IMG/VR virus record: IMGVR_UViG_3300042893_001481
Source: a virus
DNA length: 64,000 nt
Direction: 5' to 3' (one strand)
Part shown: piece by piece, positions 8,806 to 18,066 of the stretch
Layout of the letters: each line of letters begins with the position of its first letter
How positions within the stretch are numbered: the first letter of the stretch is position 1
Made by a program: the position numbers and the translations under genes
Notes under the pieces: model-generated
What the model saw: the letters and a program-made list of their open reading frames with translations, nothing else
What the model was told of the DNA's origin: nothing
Databases searched by the model: none

Positions 8806-10308
8806 ATGAAAGCAACAATAATTGGTAGTGATTTACTACAACAAGGTGATTCGGTAAAGATTTTAGAAATAAACACTAATACCACCATATATAACGAAGG
8901 GGCTGATTTATTGGATTATGTTGCATTATTTGACATGTTAATCCAAAATAATATTACGGAATTCCACTATATATATACGGATTTAGAGGCGTTTTTACCA
9001 TTAAAATTCCCACATAGATTTGAAGAAATCTTAAAAGAAAAATGTGTTGAAAATGGAATGACATACACACCACATTTAGTGGCTCAAAATTCTGTAACAG
9101 TTCCTTACATTGAGGACGCTGTTAATAAATTTATTCTAAGACAATCTTTTGACACAACCGCTTTGGTGGACGAAACATATTGTGCGGATAAGTATGAATT
9201 TTTTAATTTAATGAGTGGTTCCACGTTTATTCCAAATACGTACTTTAACACTACCGAATTGTCATTAGATACTTTGTCTGAATTAAATTTCACAAATGGG
9301 TTGGAACCAAACTTAGTAAAAAAACATAGATATCCCTCATATGATGCAAAACAATTACCCGCATTATATTCAATTGAAAATCAATTAGATTTTGATACGT
9401 TTAAAACAACAATAGATAATACAGAAAATAATTTAATACAGGAATTCATATATGACACACAAAACATTGTTGATGGTAGATATTGTGTTATTAGAGGTAT
9501 CGATATAATATATGGTTCTAATTTAGATGTGATTAATTTAGGTGGGTATAGACAATCTACATTGTTACCATTATCTTTTGCCACAAATGAATTTAAAACG
9601 GACAGTAGAGAATTAAAACAAAAAAGTAGATATAAATATATAACTAAAGCCTTAGGTAAATGGGGTATGGTTGACTATCACGTAGAAGACGATAGTAATA
9701 TTTTAAAATACGATGGATCACTTGCAGACCTTAGTACCATTCAAATTGGTGACTACATGCGTTCAATAGATTTTACCGATTATAATGGAAATAAAGCTGG
9801 AGAAGCTGATGTTACAAATATGCAAGCATTTGGTTGGGATTGTGATTTAGTACAAGCGAATGCGACATTGACACAATTAAGTACAACTTTACAAGAAGTT
9901 GTCTCCGCCGTTGTTGACACAATTCACATTAGAATTACATTAGATAATGGGTTGAGTTGGGTCGATTCACCTAGTTGTAAGTACCTTATTGAAGAATCTG
10001 GATCAACTGAAACCAGATTTGATAATGTTAATAATTTATATATTGGTGATAAATTAGTGGTTACCGATTCCAACACCAATCAATTAACAACGGTAGCAAT
10101 TACGGGATTGGAAATGGAATATGCTTCTAAAACAATTTATGGTTTAGATTTTGCTCCATCTGATTTGTTCTTAGTTGATGTTGGAGAAGGATTATATAGT
10201 GTAATGCACAACCCGACATGTTGGTGTAGTTATTCATATTGTGGTAATTGGTGTTACGAATCGTGGTGCCCAACTTGTAGGTGGGGTGGTGGTCCTGCGA
10301 AACTTTAA
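8806..10308 (+). CDS. Circularly permuted ATP-grasp domain + Hint domain + C-terminal Cys/Trp-rich peptide
   Basis: N-terminal GSDLL..VKILEINTN (ATP-grasp ExN motif moved to the N-terminus), DKYEF..IPNT, LVKK, IQEFI; Hint-like DGS..IQIGD, LYIGD, IYGL..VMHN; tail PTCWCSYSYCGNWCYESWCPTCRWGGGPAKL. Confidence 0.7.
   Translation: MKATIIGSDLLQQGDSVKILEINTNTTIYNEGADLLDYVALFDMLIQNNITEFHYIYTDLEAFLPLKFPHRFEEILKEKCVENGMTYTPHLVAQNSVTVPYIEDAVNKFILRQSFDTTALVDETYCADKYEFFNLMSGSTFIPNTYFNTTELSLDTLSELNFTNGLEPNLVKKHRYPSYDAKQLPALYSIENQLDFDTFKTTIDNTENNLIQEFIYDTQNIVDGRYCVIRGIDIIYGSNLDVINLGGYRQSTLLPLSFATNEFKTDSRELKQKSRYKYITKALGKWGMVDYHVEDDSNILKYDGSLADLSTIQIGDYMRSIDFTDYNGNKAGEADVTNMQAFGWDCDLVQANATLTQLSTTLQEVVSAVVDTIHIRITLDNGLSWVDSPSCKYLIEESGSTETRFDNVNNLYIGDKLVVTDSNTNQLTTVAITGLEMEYASKTIYGLDFAPSDLFLVDVGEGLYSVMHNPTCWCSYSYCGNWCYESWCPTCRWGGGPAKL
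9679..10212 (+). other. Hint (intein-like) domain, predicted C-terminal cleavage only
   Basis: HVEDDSNILKYDGSLADLSTIQIGDYMRS (block A, His at position 1 instead of Cys); DSPSCKYL at block B (no TxxH); IYGLDFAPSDLFLV...MHN (blocks F/G intact). Confidence 0.7.
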
Positions 10309-10335
10309 AATAAAACAAATTAAATAAAAAATAAC

Positions 10336-10476
10336 ATGGCAAAGAAAGAAAGAGTAGAAAGACCGTTACAAACAATAAAAACGAACATAACCCCAATTAC
10401 AACCGATTTAAAAGTTAAAGTGGCAAATGCCTTCCAATCATTTGTAACGGCAATCAAAGTAAAACACCTTTCATAG
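10336..10476 (+). CDS. Small basic protein (46 aa), not in ORF track
   Basis: MAKKERVERPLQTIKTNITPITTDLKVKVANAFQSFVTAIKVKHLS; A-rich leader; fills the gap between 10308 and 10485. Confidence 0.65.
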   Translation: MAKKERVERPLQTIKTNITPITTDLKVKVANAFQSFVTAIKVKHLS

Positions 10477-10484
10477 TATGTATT

Positions 10485-11306
10485 ATGAAATTAGTTACAT
10501 TTGGGGATAGTTGGACTGAAGGGGTTGGGGGCAATATTAGTGAGGAATCGGCAACAGATATACCTGAAGAAAAAACAAACATAAGACAAAAATATTGTTG
10601 GCCAAAACACTTATCGGAATTACTCACTTGTGAAGTTAAAAATGTTGGGGTCGGATCATTTTCTAACAACTCCATATTCAATTCAATTTCTCGTCAATTA
10701 AAAAATGGAATCATCACTCAAGATGATTTCGTTGTTATTATGTGGTCATCATCTTTACGGGATTCATTACCTTTTTTCCCTACTGAAGATGATTTTTTTA
10801 TTTGGGGTAAACGATATAAAAGTAAAGAACACCTTTTAAAGTATATTTTTGATGGAGTTAATAGTGATAATATAAACTATAATAGGGCAGAAAAAAACTT
10901 TAGAGATTATTACATTAATAATTTATTTAGTGATACCTACTACGATATAGTAAATCAAAATTACATATTACATCTTCAATTTATGTTTAAAGAATTAGGT
11001 ATTAGATACCTTTTTTGTGATGGATTTGATATAATGATTAATAAAAATATTGATACGTTAGTTGACAAATCCCATTTAATTGAGAGTAATAGATATTGGG
11101 GTTATAGAGATAAAACTATGGCAAATTTATTAATTAATACTAATAGAAAAGATGTGTGGCAAGATAATAACCATTGGGTTGATACCACAGCAGGTAAACA
11201 CCCAAGTAGTAATGGATATAAATTGATTGCTGAGGAATTATATAAATTTATAAATGAGGGTAATTTATTAGTACCCATCAAACTAAAAAATTCAAATCTA
11301 TTATGA
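10485..11306 (+). CDS. SGNH/GDSL hydrolase-family protein
   Basis: FGDSWTEG, GVGSFSN, KHPSSNGY. Confidence 0.8.
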   Translation: MKLVTFGDSWTEGVGGNISEESATDIPEEKTNIRQKYCWPKHLSELLTCEVKNVGVGSFSNNSIFNSISRQLKNGIITQDDFVVIMWSSSLRDSLPFFPTEDDFFIWGKRYKSKEHLLKYIFDGVNSDNINYNRAEKNFRDYYINNLFSDTYYDIVNQNYILHLQFMFKELGIRYLFCDGFDIMINKNIDTLVDKSHLIESNRYWGYRDKTMANLLINTNRKDVWQDNNHWVDTTAGKHPSSNGYKLIAEELYKFINEGNLLVPIKLKNSNLL

Positions 11307-11869
11307 ATTATACCATAAATAGTAATTTTTGTAATAGTGAAACTGCTAAAGATATCATTGAGTTCTGTATTAAATTTGGTGAACCGTTTTCATACAACCC
11401 GTCAGAACGATGGGATTGTAGACGAATATATGATTCTGATTTTAAAAAGAGAATAATTGATTTATTAATAACCAATTATAAAAACGGATATTTTAAATTA
11501 TGGTTTGATTACTCTACCTTTAATTTAAAGAATTTTAATATCAGTCTAACTTCATATTATGATGGTAGATATCTCAATTTGCATAAAGATAAATCAAGTG
11601 AATTAACGACCGTGATTGTCCTTTCAGATAACTTTGAAGGTGGTCAGTTTGCTTTATGTGGTGATAAAAATCCACCTATTAATTTTGAAACCCTTGAAGG
11701 TATAAGTACATTTGACTTAAAATTGGGTGATTTAATTTCATTTAATGGTTCCGAAACCTATCACGGAGTGTTACCGGTAACAAATGGAACGAGGTATGCC
11801 TTGAATATTTGGATGACAGAAACTGATTTTGATTACCCTAAATTAAAATCTAATAAAACTGTTATATAA
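11303..11869 (+). CDS. 2OG-Fe(II) oxygenase
   Basis: LHKD, FEGGQF, YHGVLPVTNGTRYALNIW. Confidence 0.9.
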   Translation: MNYTINSNFCNSETAKDIIEFCIKFGEPFSYNPSERWDCRRIYDSDFKKRIIDLLITNYKNGYFKLWFDYSTFNLKNFNISLTSYYDGRYLNLHKDKSSELTTVIVLSDNFEGGQFALCGDKNPPINFETLEGISTFDLKLGDLISFNGSETYHGVLPVTNGTRYALNIWMTETDFDYPKLKSNKTVI

Positions 11870-11903
11870 TGTTAACTAAAAAAAATAATACAAATAAACT
11901 AAT

Positions 11904-12422
11904 ATGAAACTATCAATCGATGATTTAGTTTTTTTAAAATCTGAATTAAATAACACTCGAATAATGAATGAAGAAGATTTAAGCTATATAAAATCAGCAC
12001 ATCCCCAATTATATCATACCACAAATCCAGAAAAAGCCGATATTCTATCTCTCTTTCCAAATGATAGTTGGGTTTATACTTTAGAAAATAAAAATTTAAA
12101 TGAATTTATTTGTAATAAATTTGAAGAACCCATTGATAATTTATACATAATGCATAGATTAATATATGGTGAAAATGGTTATGCTAAAAAACATAAAGAT
12201 AGATTTACAACACATAAGACCGTTAGTATTTTATTGTCATCCGATTTTACAGGTGGTGAAATGTATATAAATGATAAAGATCTATCATTGACAAATGAAG
12301 GAGATTATATTGTATTCAATGGGGGTAATGAATCCCACGAAGTAAAAAAGATAATTAATGGGGAACGAGATGTATTAATAATATGGTTTTCAAAAAAGAA
12401 AGCAGAATTTAGTATCATATGA
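11904..12422 (+). CDS. 2OG-Fe(II) oxygenase
   Basis: KHKD, FTGGEM, HEVKKIINGERDVLIIW. Confidence 0.85.
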   Translation: MKLSIDDLVFLKSELNNTRIMNEEDLSYIKSAHPQLYHTTNPEKADILSLFPNDSWVYTLENKNLNEFICNKFEEPIDNLYIMHRLIYGENGYAKKHKDRFTTHKTVSILLSSDFTGGEMYINDKDLSLTNEGDYIVFNGGNESHEVKKIINGERDVLIIWFSKKKAEFSII

Positions 12423-12898
12423 AAATATTAATAATAGCATTACCCAGAACCGGCTCAACTTCTCTTTTAAAAAAAATATCTAAAGATAGAAATCTAAAAC
12501 CATTCTTTGAACCATTTGATGGGACTGGTAGAGTTATCTATAACAATGAAGATAATTCGGTTGTTAAAACAATTATATCACACTACCAAAATAATTTAGA
12601 ACTTATTAATAACTTTGATGAAATTATACTTCTTAATAGAAAAAATATAAAAGAGTTAATAGAATCTCACTCATATCAAACGTATTTTTTAAAAACAGGT
12701 TATAATTCTAATAATCCATATGTCTATAAAGAACCACCACAAGAAATAATAAATTTGTGTACGTCTGATATACTAAATTGGAATGAGGAAATCAACCAGC
12801 TTTCAAAAATTACTAAAATACCAATTACATACTATGAAGATATTTTTGATAATAATTCAGCGGATAGGTTACGAATGTCAATAACTAATATAATTTAA
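12419..12898 (+). CDS. Sulfotransferase-like P-loop protein
   Basis: IIALPRTGSTSL, FEPF, YYEDIF; paralog of 62079..62636. Confidence 0.65.
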   Translation: MKILIIALPRTGSTSLLKKISKDRNLKPFFEPFDGTGRVIYNNEDNSVVKTIISHYQNNLELINNFDEIILLNRKNIKELIESHSYQTYFLKTGYNSNNPYVYKEPPQEIINLCTSDILNWNEEINQLSKITKIPITYYEDIFDNNSADRLRMSITNII

Positions 12899-13944
12899 TG
12901 ATAGATTTAAAACAATATACGTGTAGTAATCCATTTACCACTTTAGAAATACATGATAATGTTGGGTTTGTTTGTTGTCCATCTTGGTTACCAAATAAAA
13001 TAGAACTTAATGATACATCTTTAAAAAATGTATATAATAGTGAACCGGTTGTGGATATTAGAAATTCCATTTTAGATGGTTCATTTAAATATTGTAACAA
13101 AGAATTATGTCCACATTTAAGTAGATTGTTAAACTATGGTGTCACCTCTGGCCCTATTCACTTAAAATCAAATTCAAAATATACAACACCAATTATTGAA
13201 CCAACCACACCGACCACAATTTTAATGAATTTTGATAGGACCTGCAATTATAAATGTCCATCGTGTAGAGTCGACTTAATTGTTGAAAGTAGTAAAGGTA
13301 TAGAACGAATAGAAAAAACAATAGACGAGATTGATACCTATTATTCGGCAAACGTAAAAACTTTATACATTACTGGTACTGGAGATCCCTTTGTTTCAGT
13401 TAGTTTTAGAAATTATTTAAGAAACTTTAATCCAAAAAAATACCCAAAATTAACAAGTATACATTTTCATACAAATGCATCAATGTGGACAAAGGAAATG
13501 TGGGACAGTATGCCAAATGTTCATAAGTATGTAACAACGTGTGAGATATCAATAGATGCAGGAACACAAAACACCTATGAAAATAAAACCAGATTAGGTG
13601 GTAAGTGGGATACCTTAATAAATAATTTAAAATTTATTTCTACAATAGAAACATTGAAATCAGTAAAAACATCGTTTGTTGTTCAAGATAGTAACTATAT
13701 GGAAATGGAAACCTTTTATAATTTAATGTATTCTATTTTTGGAAAAAAGGTAAATGTGTTTTTTGGTAAAATAGTTAATTGGGGTACATTCTCAGATGGT
13801 GAATTTAAATTAAAACAGGTTTGGGATACCAATCACCCTGAGCATGAGTTATTTAAAAAAGAATTTAATAGGATATGGAAAAACACTAATCTATTTCATA
13901 ATTTATATGAATTTGTCGACACCACACAAAAAACTTTAATATAA
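12898..13944 (+). CDS. Radical SAM enzyme with N-terminal SPASM/twitch-like domain
   Basis: CNYKCPSC, GTGDPF, HTNA, ISIDAG, RLGGKW; N-terminal CSNPF...CC...C...CP. Confidence 0.9.
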   Translation: MIDLKQYTCSNPFTTLEIHDNVGFVCCPSWLPNKIELNDTSLKNVYNSEPVVDIRNSILDGSFKYCNKELCPHLSRLLNYGVTSGPIHLKSNSKYTTPIIEPTTPTTILMNFDRTCNYKCPSCRVDLIVESSKGIERIEKTIDEIDTYYSANVKTLYITGTGDPFVSVSFRNYLRNFNPKKYPKLTSIHFHTNASMWTKEMWDSMPNVHKYVTTCEISIDAGTQNTYENKTRLGGKWDTLINNLKFISTIETLKSVKTSFVVQDSNYMEMETFYNLMYSIFGKKVNVFFGKIVNWGTFSDGEFKLKQVWDTNHPEHELFKKEFNRIWKNTNLFHNLYEFVDTTQKTLI

Positions 13945-14630
13945 TGTCCAATATAAGAAGTGTGGGATTTATTGAAAAACATTTTGATGAACATTCAGAA
14001 TTTATTATAAGTAAAATAAATGAATCATCAATATCTTTAAGTAGAATATCAAATAAAGATTTAAATGAATTAATTTATCCGATTGTACATTTAATTGATT
14101 TTGAATTCAACGGAGATTCTAAATTTTTATTGAATAAAACAATAGATGAAATGGATTTGATGTATTCAAATTGGTATAAGTTGCACGAAAAAATGTTTAC
14201 AACATTTAATTATGTGGAAAAAAATAATATAATTTTAGACTATAGAAAAAATGGAGTTGGGTATTATTGGGTTGATTTAAATTGTTATTATAGTTATGAA
14301 ATGTTATTTAGATTACATAACTGTGGTAGAGTCAACTCCCATCAAAATCTTTTGGAACTTAGAGAATATGATATAAATGGATACAACTATAGTAGGGTTG
14401 TTGTTGTCATATGTAACAATGGATTTATAAATCAAATTAAAGGAGATTATAATCTGAAACCTGATTTTATTTATAAAGATTATATATATGATTTATTTTT
14501 AAATTATAAAGAATTAAAGGGATTTAAAATATTAACTCCAAATAATAATAATTTTACCCATATGGATTTAAATGATACAGAGTTATCTAATTTAAAAAGA
14601 ACACGTCCAGAATTCTTTTTCCTAATATAA
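13944..14630 (+). CDS. Hypothetical protein
   Basis: 228-aa ORF coupled to radical SAM gene (TAATG overlap); HNCGR, QIKG..N.KP. Confidence 0.6.
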   Translation: MSNIRSVGFIEKHFDEHSEFIISKINESSISLSRISNKDLNELIYPIVHLIDFEFNGDSKFLLNKTIDEMDLMYSNWYKLHEKMFTTFNYVEKNNIILDYRKNGVGYYWVDLNCYYSYEMLFRLHNCGRVNSHQNLLELREYDINGYNYSRVVVVICNNGFINQIKGDYNLKPDFIYKDYIYDLFLNYKELKGFKILTPNNNNFTHMDLNDTELSNLKRTRPEFFFLI

Positions 14631-14679
14631 TTTTTCAATTTATTTGATATTTTCGTGGATTTTCTCTATATTATCTATA

Positions 14680-17400
14680 ATGAAAATCTTAGCACACGCC
14701 CCCTTTATTGGTACTACTGGTTATGCCAATCATGCACGTTCATTCTTCACGGCACTTAACAAATACCACCAAGTTAAAGTTAGAAATTTAACCGTTGGGG
14801 GTAGTTGGTCAGGTTATAACAACACCCCACATGACGGGGAATCCTACATTACGGATGAGATGAAGGAAATGTTACACCAACAAACACTAATTAATGGGGA
14901 TAACTCAAGAACCGATTATCCAATTTACGGACACGACCCCAACTTTATACCCGATGTTCACATTGTATTGATGGAGAATAACAGTCATTACTATTATGAC
15001 AATTACGAGGGTTATAAAATCGCATATTGTGTTTGGGAGTCAACAAGATTTAGTGATGGTTTCTTTAAAAGATTACTCACGTTTGATGAGATGTGGGTAC
15101 CATCACAATGGCAGTATGATTGTATTGTGGAACAAGGTTATCCCAAAGAAAAAGTCTTTATAGTACCCGAAGGGGTTGATGTTGATACCTTTAAACCTAC
15201 AAACAAAACAATAAAAACAAAGAAGACTAAATTTGTATTGTTTGGTAGATGGGAATGGAGAAAAGGGACTACCGAAATTTTACAAGCATTCTCAGAAGAA
15301 TTTAAAGATACTGACAATGTTGAATTAATCGCTTCGGTTGAAAATCCATATCCTTCGGACGGCTTAAAAACAACTGAGGAAAGAATTAAACATTATGGTA
15401 TTGACACTAAGAAGATTAAGTTCATAAATTTTCCATCAAGAGATGAATATGTTAGATATCTACAAGAAGCTAACGTGTTTGTTTCGTGTGCAAGAAGTGA
15501 GGGTTGGAACTTACCATTAATAGAAGCTATGGCTTGTGGTACACCCTCCATATACTCAAATTGGGGTGGACAATTACAATTTACATCAGATGGTGGTCTA
15601 CCCGTGGATATTAAAGGTTTAACACCCGCAAATCACGAACACAAAGACTTTCCAGGTGATTACTGTGAACCCGATTGGGAAAATTTAAAATCTCAATTAA
15701 GAAATGCTTACGAGAATAGTAAACAACATAAAGTTTTGGCTCTAACCGAATCTAAAACCATTCATGAAAATTTTAATTGGGACACTATAGCTAAAGGTGC
15801 TACTGATATATTAGAAAGAACCAATGAACATTTTGCATTTGTAACCACAGGTAATTTACAATATATGCCGGTCATTGAAAAATTAGTTCAATCATTGTTA
15901 CAATTCTCAAGACATAAAATTATAGTGTATGGTGTTGATTGTGAAGTACCATTTGATTATCCAAACGTGATTAAAAAAACAATTAACCCACCAAAAATAT
16001 CTGAACATGATAAGTGGTATTGGAAACAACATGCATGTTTAGAATCATTGGATTATGGTTTTGATAACTATGTGTGGATTGATGGTGATGTAGTTGTGAA
16101 TCATAATGTTGATAATGTAAAAGAATATTTCTCACAATTAACAACATACCCAATTCCCGACATTCATGTTCAAACGGAATTTTTTGGAACCTACAATGAT
16201 GGTAAGGACTCACAACTATTCAATGAACAATTAGCTAACGAATGGAAAATTACTAAAAGAAATCCTTATGCACATATTTGTTTCTACATTTATAATTCAA
16301 ATTGTCATAAATGGTTTACGGAAATTCTTGAACATTACACAAAAGTAATTGAGAATAATCCTAAAGATTATAAACGTCTATATCTCTGGAATGATGAGGG
16401 TATCGATAACGCAATGAGATGGAAATATGGATGTGATAAGTTCTTACCACTATCAAACTTTGACACATCGGGTTATGATGGTGACTTAGGTAACACTAAT
16501 GAAATGTTACATCACTTTTATAAGTTTTGGAATGAAGAAGGTCCACAAAATTTCAATAGGATATTTGGTTATCAATTCATACCAAAAGATAAATCTAAAA
16601 TCATTTATTTTCATGGTAATAAACATGCTGAAATATCTGACAAGATGATTGAATTCATTACAATGATGAAAAACAATTCATTTTATAAATCAGAACAATT
16701 CTACACCGATGTTTACAAAGTTGAAAATTTAGGAGACATTAAAGATGTTCAAGGAGGTACGATTGAAATAGCAAACAAGTATGGTTGGTTCAGAGCCATT
16801 TATCACGAAATATTTAATCTGTTAGATTATTATAAGGACAGACAAAAAACAATCAATGAAGGAGATGTGGTTGTTGATTTAGGTGGTAATGTTGGAATAT
16901 TCAACAGATGGGCATATAGTCAAGGTGCTAGTAAAGTAATTTCATTTGAACCTGATAAACGATACTTCAAATTACTATCATTAAATGCCGACCCACGTTC
17001 CATATTGTTTAATGCCGCAATGGCCGATACCATTGATGAATTTATATTGTATCAATCAGAACACTTAGGTGGATCAACATTACTCGGTTCAGGTGATAGT
17101 GTGAATTATCCCGTTAGAACATATACTTTAAACTATCTTTTTGAAACTGGTTTAGTTGACAAGATTGATTTTCTTAAAGTTGATATTGAGGGTGCCGAAC
17201 TACATGCTTTTGCTGGTATATCGGATGATAATTTAATGAAAGTTAAAAACATTGCAATGGAATATCACCACGGTCAATTGAACTACAATGAAGAACTAAG
17301 GCAAGGATTAATAGATAGAATGAATGGATTGGGGTTCCAATCATATCTTTTATTTATGGGTGGAAATAACAAATTACAAATGATATATTTTACAAGATGA
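14680..17400 (+). CDS. Multidomain GT4 glycosyltransferase + GT-A-like domain + FkbM methyltransferase
   Basis: TGYANH, RKG, SEGWNLPLIEAMACG; WIDGD; VVDLGGNVG, FEP, FLKVDIEGAE; start moved to ATG 14680. Confidence 0.85.
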   Translation: MKILAHAPFIGTTGYANHARSFFTALNKYHQVKVRNLTVGGSWSGYNNTPHDGESYITDEMKEMLHQQTLINGDNSRTDYPIYGHDPNFIPDVHIVLMENNSHYYYDNYEGYKIAYCVWESTRFSDGFFKRLLTFDEMWVPSQWQYDCIVEQGYPKEKVFIVPEGVDVDTFKPTNKTIKTKKTKFVLFGRWEWRKGTTEILQAFSEEFKDTDNVELIASVENPYPSDGLKTTEERIKHYGIDTKKIKFINFPSRDEYVRYLQEANVFVSCARSEGWNLPLIEAMACGTPSIYSNWGGQLQFTSDGGLPVDIKGLTPANHEHKDFPGDYCEPDWENLKSQLRNAYENSKQHKVLALTESKTIHENFNWDTIAKGATDILERTNEHFAFVTTGNLQYMPVIEKLVQSLLQFSRHKIIVYGVDCEVPFDYPNVIKKTINPPKISEHDKWYWKQHACLESLDYGFDNYVWIDGDVVVNHNVDNVKEYFSQLTTYPIPDIHVQTEFFGTYNDGKDSQLFNEQLANEWKITKRNPYAHICFYIYNSNCHKWFTEILEHYTKVIENNPKDYKRLYLWNDEGIDNAMRWKYGCDKFLPLSNFDTSGYDGDLGNTNEMLHHFYKFWNEEGPQNFNRIFGYQFIPKDKSKIIYFHGNKHAEISDKMIEFITMMKNNSFYKSEQFYTDVYKVENLGDIKDVQGGTIEIANKYGWFRAIYHEIFNLLDYYKDRQKTINEGDVVVDLGGNVGIFNRWAYSQGASKVISFEPDKRYFKLLSLNADPRSILFNAAMADTIDEFILYQSEHLGGSTLLGSGDSVNYPVRTYTLNYLFETGLVDKIDFLKVDIEGAELHAFAGISDDNLMKVKNIAMEYHHGQLNYNEELRQGLIDRMNGLGFQSYLLFMGGNNKLQMIYFTR

Positions 17401-18056
17401 GTACATTAAACAAAATAGCACAAAGTTATGGAACTGATAAAAGTTCCGATTGTCACAATTATTGTGATAAATACTCTAATTATCTTCCATTCAAAAGATA
17501 TGATAAACTAAACATCATGGAGATTGGTGTATTAGACGGACAATCTGTAAAAACATGGAAAGAATATTTCTATCGTTCCAATATATTAGGTATCGATATT
17601 AACCCTGATTGTAAGAAGTATGAGGAATCAGGTATATCAGTTGAGATAGGTTCACAAGCTGACGGTAACTTCCTATCAAGAATTTGGCAACAATACGGAC
17701 CATTTGACATGATATTAGATGATGGTTCACATATGAATAGTCACGTGATATTTTCATTTGAACATTTATTTCAATCTGTAAAATCGGGTGGTATATATAT
17801 TGTTGAAGATTGTGCAACATCATATTGGAGTCATTGGGAAGGTGGTTATCTTAAAGAAACAACAATGATGGAATATTTTAAAAGATTAACCGATGATGTA
17901 AATTTTAGAGGGGTAATGAATCTCGATAAACCAAATGTTCATGCAAGAAGAGAAGATTGGTGTACGGAAACATTATTAAAAGAACAATCAGATTGTAGAA
18001 CGGACATTGAATCCATAACATTCCTTAATGGAATAATATTAATTAGAAAACGTTAA
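17397..18056 (+). CDS. Class I SAM-dependent (sugar) O-methyltransferase
   Basis: GTDK..HNY, MEIGV, GIDI, GSQ, ILDDGSH, GGIYIVED. Confidence 0.85.
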   Translation: MSTLNKIAQSYGTDKSSDCHNYCDKYSNYLPFKRYDKLNIMEIGVLDGQSVKTWKEYFYRSNILGIDINPDCKKYEESGISVEIGSQADGNFLSRIWQQYGPFDMILDDGSHMNSHVIFSFEHLFQSVKSGGIYIVEDCATSYWSHWEGGYLKETTMMEYFKRLTDDVNFRGVMNLDKPNVHARREDWCTETLLKEQSDCRTDIESITFLNGIILIRKR

Positions 18057-18066
18057 AATATAATAC

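Noticed and set aside
9679-10212. Mobile splicing intein
   Set aside because: No Cys/Ser at position 1, no block-B His, Pro after the terminal Asn and no homing endonuclease; fits cleavage-only Hint.
10297-10308. C-terminal AKL resembling a peroxisomal PTS1 signal
   Set aside because: Promoters and gene organisation indicate a bacteriophage; coincidental.
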